Shown here one piece after another: positions 19,134 to 28,169 of a stretch of DNA of 64,000 bases; positions within the stretch are counted from its first letter, which is position 1, and each line of letters starts with the position of its first letter. Made by a program: the position numbers and the translations under genes. The notes under the pieces were generated by a model. The model was not told where the DNA came from, ran no database searches, and saw only the letters and a list, made by a program, of their open reading frames with translations. This DNA comes from Bradymonadia bacterium. GTDB taxonomy: Bacteria; Myxococcota_A; Bradymonadia; UBA7976; UBA1532. The DNA is taken from NCBI GenBank assembly GCA_046290225.1, contig JBKAGE010000082.1, positions 192,001 to 256,000 on the forward strand, in the 5' to 3' direction.

Positions 19134-20696
19134 ATGGGGTCCGGTGAGAGCTTTAAGCGCATCAACTTCTTCAAGGGCTTCCTGGCCACCGAAGAAGACT
19201 TCAACGATGCCGAGAAATACCACCTCGAGAAGCGGCACCTGCACAACCAGGCCTTTCACGCCCCTGGCGTCGTTGCGCACCACGGCGACGGCCTGAGGGT
19301 CACCAGCCGCGGTCGCGGTGATCTCTCCATCGAGATCGGTGCTGGCTATGCCATCGATGGCTTCGGTCGGGACATCTACGTGCCCGACAAGCAGATCAAG
19401 ACCATCAGCGCCGGTGACTTCAAGCTGCCCCAGACCATCTATGTGGTGGTGAAGTACCTCGAGGAGATGACCGACTTCATCCGGTACAAGGAAGTGCCCG
19501 ACTACCAGGGTCACCGCCGGATCCAGGAAGGCTTCAAGGTCGAGTTCACCAACGTCGAGCCCGACGTGAACCACGAGATCGAGCTCGCCCGCATCTACCT
19601 CGAAAAGGGCGCCAAGCGGATCATCGACGCCAAGGATCCGAACAAGCCCGAGGCCAACGAGATCGATCTGCGCTTCGTGCGCTACGCCGGCACCGTGGGC
19701 ATGTTCTTGAACAGCACGATCAGGGTCCGCCTGCGCGAGGCCATCGCGTTCCAGAAGCGGGTGTTCTCACACCTCTCCCGGGTGAAGAAGATCATCAGCG
19801 CCCAAGACGCCTTCCACGCGCTGATCACCCTGGACATGCTCACGCTCACGGCCCACATCGGCCACGACAACATCTGGGAGCTGCTCATCGAGCTCGCCAA
19901 GCTCGAGTGGGACGTGGTGAACGAGGCCGAGAGCCGGGTGCCCGATCTGAGCGCCCGCCGCGAGTTCACCAGTTTCAAGAAGAACATCGAGATCATGTAC
20001 AACTTCGCCGCGGAGAAGCGGCGGACCGACGAAGGCCTCGACAACGTCATCACCTACATGATGAAGACCTGCGAGAGCATCGAGATGCTGCTCGACCAGA
20101 TGCGCTCTTCGGAGATCGAGGTGAAGGCCATGGCCGACGCCCCGCAGGAGAGCAAGATCACCGAGTACATCGAGGGCGGCATCACCTTCGAGGAGCTCAA
20201 GGTCTACTCCAAAGAGTTCACCGAGAGCCTCATCGTCGACGGTCGCGAGTGGGTGCTTGTGGACATGATCGACATCCGCGACGAGCAGAACGAGAACGAT
20301 CACGAGTTCCGCATCAAAGAGGCCAAGGACACGTACCGCAGCCGCCAGAAGCTGCGGTACCCCGACGGCACCGTCGTCGAAGACCAGGGCATCGCCCACG
20401 AGGGCGGCTACTCAGAGTTCAAGGTCAAGAACGTCACTCCCCACCAGGATCTGGTCATGATCCGCCGCATGGATTACGTGCGGGCCGACTACCAGGCCGA
20501 GATTCAGGTGAACGGCGCCCGTATGGACCGGATCATGGACTGCGCCGGGGCCGACAAGAAGTTCCGGTGGCGCAACTGGCCCTACGTGATCCCCGCCCAG
20601 CACATCAGCTCCACGGTGATCAGCATCAAGCAGGTGATGCTCACCGCCGACCGGGACATCAACATGTTCCACTACTGGTTCTACCAGCCCAAGTGA
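19134..20696 (+). CDS. Fibre/baseplate-attachment protein with helical middle and C-terminal beta-sandwich domain
   Basis: N-terminal RINFFKG..TEEDF..AEKYH...PGVV..GLRV...GYAIDGFGRDIYV typical of CIS fibre-attachment domains. C-terminal RRMD..A.IQVNG...RW...IP...YWFY resembles glycan-binding accessory domains. Confidence 0.65.
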   Translation: MGSGESFKRINFFKGFLATEEDFNDAEKYHLEKRHLHNQAFHAPGVVAHHGDGLRVTSRGRGDLSIEIGAGYAIDGFGRDIYVPDKQIKTISAGDFKLPQTIYVVVKYLEEMTDFIRYKEVPDYQGHRRIQEGFKVEFTNVEPDVNHEIELARIYLEKGAKRIIDAKDPNKPEANEIDLRFVRYAGTVGMFLNSTIRVRLREAIAFQKRVFSHLSRVKKIISAQDAFHALITLDMLTLTAHIGHDNIWELLIELAKLEWDVVNEAESRVPDLSARREFTSFKKNIEIMYNFAAEKRRTDEGLDNVITYMMKTCESIEMLLDQMRSSEIEVKAMADAPQESKITEYIEGGITFEELKVYSKEFTESLIVDGREWVLVDMIDIRDEQNENDHEFRIKEAKDTYRSRQKLRYPDGTVVEDQGIAHEGGYSEFKVKNVTPHQDLVMIRRMDYVRADYQAEIQVNGARMDRIMDCAGADKKFRWRNWPYVIPAQHISSTVISIKQVMLTADRDINMFHYWFYQPK

Positions 20697-20764
20697 CGCC
20701 TCGCAGGCGGTGTGGTGCAGCGCTGCTCCACACTGTTACCGCGCGCAGCGCCACAGCATGCGGA

Positions 20765-20793
20765 TTGCTCGAAGGCCTTATAAGTGGCAGAAT
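20765..20793 (+). promoter_or_regulatory. Possible sigma70-type promoter for the FHA genes
   Basis: TTGCTC-N17-CAGAAT in the intergenic region; weak consensus match. Confidence 0.3.
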
Positions 20794-20836
20794 ACCCGGT
20801 GGCACGTTGTTCAACCTCGGCCAGTGAGTATTTGCC

Positions 20837-21619
20837 ATGATGTTCCGTGATCCACGCAAAGTCGTCCAAGATCGGATCAACATGCGGATCCAGAACGCCC
20901 AGATGCGGGCCAAGTCCCAAGTGCGTGGCGCTGGAGTCCGTGTCATCAGCGCAGGTGAGCGCAAGGCAAAGCAGGCCACCGACAACGCCAAAGCGAAAGC
21001 CAAAGGCAAAGGCCAAAAAGCCGCCCCAAACCAGGCGCCTCAGCAGGCGACTGCAGAAAAGAAGAAGTTCAGTTTGTGGCCCTTCGGTAAGAACAAGCAA
21101 GACGCAGCTGGCCAGGCGCCCGCCTGCCACAGCTGTGGCCAGGCCATCGACCCTTCATGGGAGCTGTGCCCTTACTGCGGCACCAGCCTCGCCGAGGCCC
21201 CGGCCCCTCAAGCGCAAATGCAGGCAGCCCCCGTACCGGGTGCGCCGGTCCCTGCCATGCCCCAGATGACCGGGAACAAGACCCAGGCCATCAACCTCGA
21301 CGAGCTCGCCGGTCCCCAGAAGATGGTGGTGGGCTGGCTGGTCATCATGGAGGGCAACGAGAAGGGCCGTGACTTCAGGCTCTACGAGGGCCAGAACAGC
21401 ATCGGCGCCGCCGCTGACTGCAACATCGTGGTCAACGACGAGTACCTCTCGGCTCACCACGCCAGCATCCGATTCGACGATGGGCGCTACGAGTTGATCG
21501 ACAAAGACTCCACCAACGGGTGCTTCCTCAACGAGAAGCGCATCTCCCGCGAGGAGCTCGTCGACAACGACACCATCCGGCTGGGACGCACCCATCTCCG
21601 CTTCAAGGCGATCTATTGA
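20837..21619 (+). CDS. Zinc-ribbon + FHA domain protein
   Basis: CHSC...CPYCG; GWLVIMEG..GRDFRL..G.NSIG...DEYLSAHHASI...DKDSTNGCFLN...DTIRLG. Confidence 0.88.
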   Translation: MMFRDPRKVVQDRINMRIQNAQMRAKSQVRGAGVRVISAGERKAKQATDNAKAKAKGKGQKAAPNQAPQQATAEKKKFSLWPFGKNKQDAAGQAPACHSCGQAIDPSWELCPYCGTSLAEAPAPQAQMQAAPVPGAPVPAMPQMTGNKTQAINLDELAGPQKMVVGWLVIMEGNEKGRDFRLYEGQNSIGAAADCNIVVNDEYLSAHHASIRFDDGRYELIDKDSTNGCFLNEKRISREELVDNDTIRLGRTHLRFKAIY

Positions 21620-21683
21620 GCCTTGCACCTGACGAGGCATCCCGCCTCACGACCCCCTGACACACCGTGACGAGATCCCACTG

Positions 21684-23246
21684 ATGCGATCCATCATGTC
21701 TGGTCTGCGCGCAGGCCTTCTCTGCAGCGCCCCACTGCTCATCACCACGCTGATCGTCTCGGGCCTGATCATCACCGGCCTCGGCACCCCGGCCTACAGC
21801 CAGGGCAAGCAGCTCGCCAGCACCACCCAGCTGCGTCTCGACGCGGTGGACACCAGCAAGGGCAAAAAGGGCGAGCTGGTGCTCTTCGGCTCGTTCCTCA
21901 ACGAGTTTGGTCAGTCGGTGCCGGCGCTGAAGTCGGAGTACTGGACGATCCAGCTCGACGGCGAGCCCCTGGAGCTCGACCCCGAGTCCCTCACGGTGAA
22001 GTCGCTCAAGGACAGCGACGAGGGCGTCTACGTGGTGCTTGTGGCCATGGCCTGCTGCAACATGATGGCCGAGGAAGAGCAGTTCGCCGCCATCAAGAAG
22101 GGCATCGAGGAGATCCTCAACGGCCTGGGCAGCAAGGACCAGTCGGCGGTGGTGCTCTATCAAGAGGGCGTGCTCAAGACCAGCAGCCTCAACCCCTCTC
22201 ACGAAGAGGCGGTGGTCTGGCTCGGTCAGAAGGGCGAGGCCGACGGCACCGGGCCTCAGTTCTTCAGCGCCATCGAGCAGGCCCTGAAGTTCTTCCCGCC
22301 AGAGTTCGGCACCCTCAACTCGAACCGCCACATCATCGTCATCAGCGATGGCGACGATGTCGATCGCATCACCGATCGTTCAAAGACCCGCGAGAAGCTC
22401 AAGGCCCTCAAGACCAACGCCAACGCCAAGAAGGTGAAGGTGCACTCCATCGGCCTGGTCTTCGAGGGGCAGCAATCGGAGACCCTGGCCAATCTGCGCA
22501 CCCTCTCCGGTGGTACTGGCGGTGTCTATCGCGAGTCGAAGGACTTCACCCGCACCCGAGATCACCTCTCGGCCCTCAAGAGCCAGCTGCTCGAGCAGAA
22601 CGTGCTCTACGTGAAGACCAACGACTTCGAAGGCGAGAAGGACATCACCTACACCCTCTCGGTGAAGCACCCCAGCTCCGGCAAGGTGTTCAACGCCCTG
22701 GCCCCAGTCGTCGAGTACACCCCCGAGGTCGAGACGAACCTGTGGCGGAACATCCTGCTCATCAGCGGTGGCGTCGTGGGCCTCGGCCTCTTCGGCTGGC
22801 TGGGCATGATCCTTGTGCGCCGCATGGGCAACCGCGACACCGGCGAGGTCTTCGTCGACGCCGGCGAGGAAACCCGGGAGTGCGAGCAGTGCGGCAACAC
22901 CATCCCCGTAGACTGGATGGTCTGTAAATACTGCGAGGCCCTGCCCCACAAGGGCCGCCTCACGGTCATCAGCACGGGCGATCTCAACGGCCGGGTGTGG
23001 TTCATCAAAGAGTCTCTGGTGAACATCGGCCGCTCCGATGGGAACCACATCATGATCCCCGACACCACGGTGTCGAAGCGCCACGCGGGTATCAAGGTGG
23101 ACAATGGCCGCTTCGAGCTGGCGGACTTCGGCAGCACCTCGGGGGTGCTGGTGAACGGGCAACGCATCACCAAACGCTTCCTCAAAGACGGCGATGCGAT
23201 CCACGTGGGCGGCATCGAGCTCGAATTCAAGCTCAAGAAGAGCTGA
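21684..23246 (+). CDS. Membrane protein: exported VWA domain, TM helix, cytoplasmic zinc ribbon + FHA domain
   Basis: Hydrophobic N-terminus; IIVISDG and VHSIGL...TGG (VWA); TM ILLISGGVVGLGLFGWLGMILV; CEQC..CKYC; IGRS...VSKRHA...DFGSTSGVLVNG (FHA). Confidence 0.85.
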   Translation: MRSIMSGLRAGLLCSAPLLITTLIVSGLIITGLGTPAYSQGKQLASTTQLRLDAVDTSKGKKGELVLFGSFLNEFGQSVPALKSEYWTIQLDGEPLELDPESLTVKSLKDSDEGVYVVLVAMACCNMMAEEEQFAAIKKGIEEILNGLGSKDQSAVVLYQEGVLKTSSLNPSHEEAVVWLGQKGEADGTGPQFFSAIEQALKFFPPEFGTLNSNRHIIVISDGDDVDRITDRSKTREKLKALKTNANAKKVKVHSIGLVFEGQQSETLANLRTLSGGTGGVYRESKDFTRTRDHLSALKSQLLEQNVLYVKTNDFEGEKDITYTLSVKHPSSGKVFNALAPVVEYTPEVETNLWRNILLISGGVVGLGLFGWLGMILVRRMGNRDTGEVFVDAGEETRECEQCGNTIPVDWMVCKYCEALPHKGRLTVISTGDLNGRVWFIKESLVNIGRSDGNHIMIPDTTVSKRHAGIKVDNGRFELADFGSTSGVLVNGQRITKRFLKDGDAIHVGGIELEFKLKKS

Positions 23247-23341
23247 CCCCTCCGCCGCTCAAGATTGCAGTCATATAAGCCCATCTTCTAGGATGAGCCT
23301 CGGATCGGGGGGGACCTCGAAGGGCTCAAGGAGGAGCGTAC

Positions 23342-24529
23342 GTGTCGCGTATCCCGCTCATTGGCTGGCTGCTGCTCGTCTTCATGGTGGGGGCGCCCTC
23401 ATCGGTGCTCGCTCAGGGTGCCCCGCAAGGTGCCGAAGAAGAGGTCGATCCTGCCTTCACACAGACCCTCAGTGAAGGGCAAGCTGCGTTCAAAGCCGGT
23501 CGGTTCAAAGAAGCCGCAGAGCTCTTTCGTCAGGCCTTCGAGATCGACCCTCGAGGCAACCTGCTCTTCAACGTGGCCATTTGCTACGAGAAGGCCGGGG
23601 ACACGATCGCTGCGGTGAAGTTCTACGAGCGCTTCATCGCTGCGGTGCCCAACGCCCGGAATCGGCCTCAGGTGCAACAGCAGATCGTGGCCCTCAAGGC
23701 TTCCCTCGCCGACAAATACGTCGAGGTGCAGGTCACCACTGCGCCCAAGGGGGCCTACGTCTTCATCGACTCGAAGTCTCAGGGCACCATCGGCGCCACC
23801 CCCACCACCCTCAAGCTGCTTCCCGGCAGCTACACCCTCATCGTCGAGAAGCCAGACTACGAGACCGTCAAGGTGCCCCTCGACGTCGCCGAGGGGCAGC
23901 CGCAGCAGCTCGAGTATGTGCTGGTGAACTCTCAGAAGGTGGGCTCGGTACGGCTGCGGATCCCCGAGAAAGGGGCCTCAGTCATGGTGGATGGCAAGAA
24001 CATCGGCGTGAGCCCCATCAAAGATCCGATCCGGCTGCCCCAAGGGCCCCACGAGATCAGCGTGCTCAAGCCCGGTCTCACCCCCTGGAAGAAGAACGTC
24101 AACGTCTTCGCGGGTCAGAACAGCGTCGTCACGGTGACTTTTCGCGAGGAAGACGCCTTCGACCCGCTCGGAGATGCGGGCAGTTCTGGCGGGGGTGACA
24201 AGCTCTGGGCCTACGTCACCATGGGCACCGGCGTGGCCATGATCGCCGGTGGCGTGTTCACGGGCTTGTCCGCCCAGTCTCTTCACGACGATCTCACCGC
24301 GAAGCGCGAGAACCAGGAGCTCATCGCTCAGAGCGACATTGATCTGGGCAACACCCTGGTTACCACCACCAACATCCTGCTCATCGGAGGCACTCTCGCC
24401 GCTGCCGGTGGCGCAGTGTGGTGGTACCTCAGCGATGACGAAGTCGACCCTGACGGCGAGATCCTCACCGGCGGGTTCTTCGCTTCGCCCGACGGCACCG
24501 CCGTCTTCCACCTCAAAGGGACTTTCTGA
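23342..24529 (+). CDS. TPR + two PEGA domain exported/membrane protein
   Basis: Signal peptide; TPR (GQAAFKAGRFKEAAELFRQAF..LLFNVAICYE); two PEGA units (P.GA.V..D...IG.TP); C-terminal hydrophobic segments. Confidence 0.85.
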   Translation: MSRIPLIGWLLLVFMVGAPSSVLAQGAPQGAEEEVDPAFTQTLSEGQAAFKAGRFKEAAELFRQAFEIDPRGNLLFNVAICYEKAGDTIAAVKFYERFIAAVPNARNRPQVQQQIVALKASLADKYVEVQVTTAPKGAYVFIDSKSQGTIGATPTTLKLLPGSYTLIVEKPDYETVKVPLDVAEGQPQQLEYVLVNSQKVGSVRLRIPEKGASVMVDGKNIGVSPIKDPIRLPQGPHEISVLKPGLTPWKKNVNVFAGQNSVVTVTFREEDAFDPLGDAGSSGGGDKLWAYVTMGTGVAMIAGGVFTGLSAQSLHDDLTAKRENQELIAQSDIDLGNTLVTTTNILLIGGTLAAAGGAVWWYLSDDEVDPDGEILTGGFFASPDGTAVFHLKGTF

Positions 24530-27500
24530 TGTCGCGCTCTCTCGCGGGGTGGCTGATCGCAAGCCTGGCCACCACCGCCGGCTGCTCTCTCGATTTCGAC
24601 GAGTTCACCGAAGACACCAACACCCCCGACGTGCAGTTCACCGAGCCCGACCTGGGCCCGACCCCCGATGTCGGGCCCATGCCCGACGAAGGGCCCATGC
24701 CCGACATGGTGGTGGATCAGCCCGATGTCGGGCCCATGCCCGACATGATGGTCCTCGACACGGACGGCGACGGCATCAACGACGTCGACGACAACTGCCC
24801 TGATGTGGAGAACCCGGATCAGCTCGACGGCGACGGCGACATGATCGGCGATCTCTGCGACGCAGATCTGGACGGTGACGGCCTCGAGAACGGCATCGAC
24901 AACTGTCCGAACGTGAGCAACCCCGCTCAGGCCGACCTCGATCGCGACGAGATCGGCGATGTCTGTGACGACGACGCCGACAACGATGGCCTCACAGGCG
25001 AGCAGGAGCTGCTTCAGGGCCTCGATCCGCTGCGTCCTGACACGGATGCCGACGGATACCTCGACGGCGCCGACAATTGCCCTCAGGCCCCGGACCGTGT
25101 GGGCGGCGATGCCGATGGTGACGGCTATGGCGACGCCTGTGACACCGACGCCGACGGCGACGCGGTGCCCAACTGGCGGGACAACTGCCCCTTCACCCCG
25201 AACCCCGATCAAGCGCTCGTCGAGGTCGAAGAAGGAGAGCCGCCCTCAAGGCGGGGTGCTGCCTGTGCGGACGACGCCGACAACGACGGGATCCTCGACG
25301 ACGCCGACAACTGCCCGTATGCGCCCAACCCCATCCAGGGCATCAGCCCTTGTGAGCCCCGGTTCGCGCCCCAGACCTATGGGCGCTCTGTCAACGCGCT
25401 CTATCGCAGCGGCGAGACGGTGTACGCCGGCACCTCTGGCGGTGAGCTGCGGGTGCAGGGCGACGACATCAGCCTCTACACCAACGCCGACGGCCTCGCC
25501 GGCAACAACGTCACTTCTGTGGTCCGCGACGCCGACGGTCGGCGCTGGCTGACCACCGACGACGGCCTCACGGTGATCCGGCCCGATGGGTTCCGCATGT
25601 CGATGCGGGCCTCTGATCCTGCAGGCAGCTTCACGGGCACCCTCAACGACGTAGCCGTCGACATCGAGAACGAGCGTGTGTGGGTGGGCACCGACGAGGG
25701 CCTCTTCCGCTTCGAATCGGGCGCCTGGGTCCCAACGGGGAACTTCATCAACGTGCGAGACCTCTGGCTCGAAACCACCGAAGAGGGCGATCGCGTGCTC
25801 TGGGTGGCCGACGAGGTGGCGGTGAACCGCATCACTGATCCCGCCAGCATCGTGGCGATCTTCGGACTCAACCCACTCATCCCGCCTTTCAAGGGTGTGG
25901 TGGGCGACGCAGACGACTACACCTGGATCCTTTCTGGCAACGGGGCGGGTCGCCTCGCCGAGAACGACACGCTCGTCGAAGATCGAACCTACATCGGCTT
26001 CGACGCCCGGGATCTGACCGACGCCCCTGATGGGGCACGCTACCTGGCCACCGAGGCCGGCGTCCGCCGGATCGACGCCGAGGGTCGCTTGTTCCCCGCT
26101 GGCACCCGAAACCTGCCCGACGCCGACATCCGCGCCCTCGCCACGGACGCTGACGGCAACCGCTGGGCAGCGACCGGTCGAGGCCTCGTGGTGCTCGACG
26201 GCTACTTCTCTCTCTTTGCCTCTGGAAACAACGGCCTCGCCAACCCCTGCGTCAACGCTTCGATCCGCGCCGAGGGCCTCATCTGGATGGGCACCGACGA
26301 CGGGCTCTTCACGCTGCCTGCCGACGGCACCCCTGTGGAGCAGGCCCGGGCTGACTTGCCGAGCACCAACATCTACACCCTTCAGCGGGTGGGCGACGAG
26401 GTCTGGGCCGGCACCACCGAGGGCATCGCTCGATATGATCTGGTGGGTGTCTACCTCGGCAGTGTCCGCGCTGAGGATGGGATCCCGGCAGGCACCATCG
26501 GCGACATCGAGCCCGGCAGCGAAGGTCAGGTCTGGGTGGGCAGCACCGAGTCGGGCCTCGCCCGCGGTGATCTGCAGGAAGACGGCACCTGGGCGTGGAC
26601 CCTCTACACCCGCGAAGCGCAGGATCGCCTGCCCAGCGACGTGATCGAAGGCCTCTCGTGGTATGGCGGTACAGGCCAGCTCTGGATCGCCACCGACAAT
26701 GGCCTCGGGCTCTACACCTCTGGTGAGGGCTTCCAGCCCCCCGTCCCCCAGCTCGTGGGGATCCCCCTCACCGACGTGGTCGTCGACGGTGACGGCAACC
26801 CCTACGCCGGCACGACAGCCTACCCAGCCGCAGCCCAGGGCCTGGGCGTCGCTGCACGCACCCCCATCGACGAAGAAGGTGGCGGCGGAGATTGGGTGTT
26901 CCTGCGCCGTGGTAACGCCGCATGGCCCACCTTCACCACCACCGACGAGGTGGAAGATCTCGCCCATGACGGGCGCTACCTGTGGGTGATGCTCGACGCC
27001 GGCCGCAGCACCCGCGGGGGCTGGCTCGCACGGATCCCCACCCCCATCGACGAGGGCCAGCTCCCAGAGGGTGTGGTCTTCGATACACTCAACGCCGATC
27101 TCCCCGCCACGGTGGGCAATTCCGCCCACTACAGCGAAGGCGAGTTGCACCTGGCTTACTGTGGTGATGACGCTCGCCCAGGTGGCGTCACTGTCATTGA
27201 CGGCGGCGGCCTCATCGAGCGTGATCTCTCCACCTATCAGGGGCTCGCCAACGATGGCGATGGCGTCTCCCTCACCCTCGATCACACTGGCGCGCCACTC
27301 TTCGTCGCTCGGACAGAAGAAGGCCTCGAGGCCTGGACCCTCAGCGCCGAGAGCCCCTACCGCGCCCCCTACGAGCTCGATCGGAACTCCGTGCGCAACG
27401 CCTTGCCTCAGGGTTGTGCCCTGCCTCCGGGCGGCACTCACCTGTGGTGTGTGCTCCAAGGCCGCGGCGTCGGTCGTCGAGATCCGGTCTCCGAGCAGTG

Positions 27501-28131
27501 GACCGTCTATCTGACCAACGAAGACATCAGGGCCGTAGCCCCTGACAGCGACACCACCGCCTGGGTGGCCACCGGCGCAGGGGTGCGACGCATCAGCGGA
27601 GAGGGCACGCCTCAGCTCTTCAACCAGGCGAGCACCAATGGTGGGTTGCCCAGCGACGATGTTCAGGCCATCGCCATCCTCGATGACCAGGTCTACGCCG
27701 GCACCACCAATGGGCTGGGTGTGTACGATCCTGGTGCCGAGACCGAGTGGACTGCAGTGGGCCCTGAGCAGGGCCTCGATCAGCCCAATGTCACCCATTT
27801 GGCAATTCAGCTCGAGGGTCGGGTGTGGATCGGCACCGGTGACGGGCTCTACCTGCTCATCTCCGGCCTGCCCATCGAAGACTTCACCCTCGAAGACGGC
27901 CTGCCCAGCACCGAGATCACCAGCCTCACCACAGGGCCTGACAACAGCATCCTCGTCGGCACGCGCTCAGGGCTCACCCTCGGCGCATCTGTAGGCGGGC
28001 TCTGGGATTTCGAGACCAGCTACGGCTTCGTCGATGGTCAGCCCGGCCACGCGGTGTACGACATCGTGGTTGGCCGCGATGGTGATATCTGGGTCCGCTC
28101 GAACGACGGCGTCGCCCGTCTCGTGCGCTGA
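24529..28131 (+). CDS. Lipoprotein with thrombospondin type-3 Ca-binding repeats and multi-bladed beta-propeller (Reg_prop-like)
   Basis: Lipobox TAGC; repeated DNCP..NP.Q.D.D.D..GD.CD; many W(V/I)GT..GL and GLPS..V/I blades. Confidence 0.85.
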   Translation: MSRSLAGWLIASLATTAGCSLDFDEFTEDTNTPDVQFTEPDLGPTPDVGPMPDEGPMPDMVVDQPDVGPMPDMMVLDTDGDGINDVDDNCPDVENPDQLDGDGDMIGDLCDADLDGDGLENGIDNCPNVSNPAQADLDRDEIGDVCDDDADNDGLTGEQELLQGLDPLRPDTDADGYLDGADNCPQAPDRVGGDADGDGYGDACDTDADGDAVPNWRDNCPFTPNPDQALVEVEEGEPPSRRGAACADDADNDGILDDADNCPYAPNPIQGISPCEPRFAPQTYGRSVNALYRSGETVYAGTSGGELRVQGDDISLYTNADGLAGNNVTSVVRDADGRRWLTTDDGLTVIRPDGFRMSMRASDPAGSFTGTLNDVAVDIENERVWVGTDEGLFRFESGAWVPTGNFINVRDLWLETTEEGDRVLWVADEVAVNRITDPASIVAIFGLNPLIPPFKGVVGDADDYTWILSGNGAGRLAENDTLVEDRTYIGFDARDLTDAPDGARYLATEAGVRRIDAEGRLFPAGTRNLPDADIRALATDADGNRWAATGRGLVVLDGYFSLFASGNNGLANPCVNASIRAEGLIWMGTDDGLFTLPADGTPVEQARADLPSTNIYTLQRVGDEVWAGTTEGIARYDLVGVYLGSVRAEDGIPAGTIGDIEPGSEGQVWVGSTESGLARGDLQEDGTWAWTLYTREAQDRLPSDVIEGLSWYGGTGQLWIATDNGLGLYTSGEGFQPPVPQLVGIPLTDVVVDGDGNPYAGTTAYPAAAQGLGVAARTPIDEEGGGGDWVFLRRGNAAWPTFTTTDEVEDLAHDGRYLWVMLDAGRSTRGGWLARIPTPIDEGQLPEGVVFDTLNADLPATVGNSAHYSEGELHLAYCGDDARPGGVTVIDGGGLIERDLSTYQGLANDGDGVSLTLDHTGAPLFVARTEEGLEAWTLSAESPYRAPYELDRNSVRNALPQGCALPPGGTHLWCVLQGRGVGRRDPVSEQWTVYLTNEDIRAVAPDSDTTAWVATGAGVRRISGEGTPQLFNQASTNGGLPSDDVQAIAILDDQVYAGTTNGLGVYDPGAETEWTAVGPEQGLDQPNVTHLAIQLEGRVWIGTGDGLYLLISGLPIEDFTLEDGLPSTEITSLTTGPDNSILVGTRSGLTLGASVGGLWDFETSYGFVDGQPGHAVYDIVVGRDGDIWVRSNDGVARLVR

Positions 28132-28169
28132 GCGCTCTCAGCACAGTATTTTCTCGGTACAGTGCATTC

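Larger units (their letters stand above)
1662..20696 (+). other. Contractile injection system (eCIS/Afp/PVC-like) gene cluster
   Basis: Co-oriented cap, 2 sheaths, 2 tubes, chaperone, LysM tube initiator, gpD hub, gp25, gpJ, gpI and fibre-attachment genes. No capsid, portal, terminase or integrase. Confidence 0.9.

Noticed and set aside
1662..20696. Prophage or type VI secretion system
   Set aside because: No capsid, portal, terminase, integrase or replication genes. No TssB/C, Hcp, ClpV or TssJLM motifs. Sheath, tube and cap are of eCIS type.
25246..27798. 850-aa minus-strand ORF
   Set aside because: Shadow of the beta-propeller lipoprotein gene.
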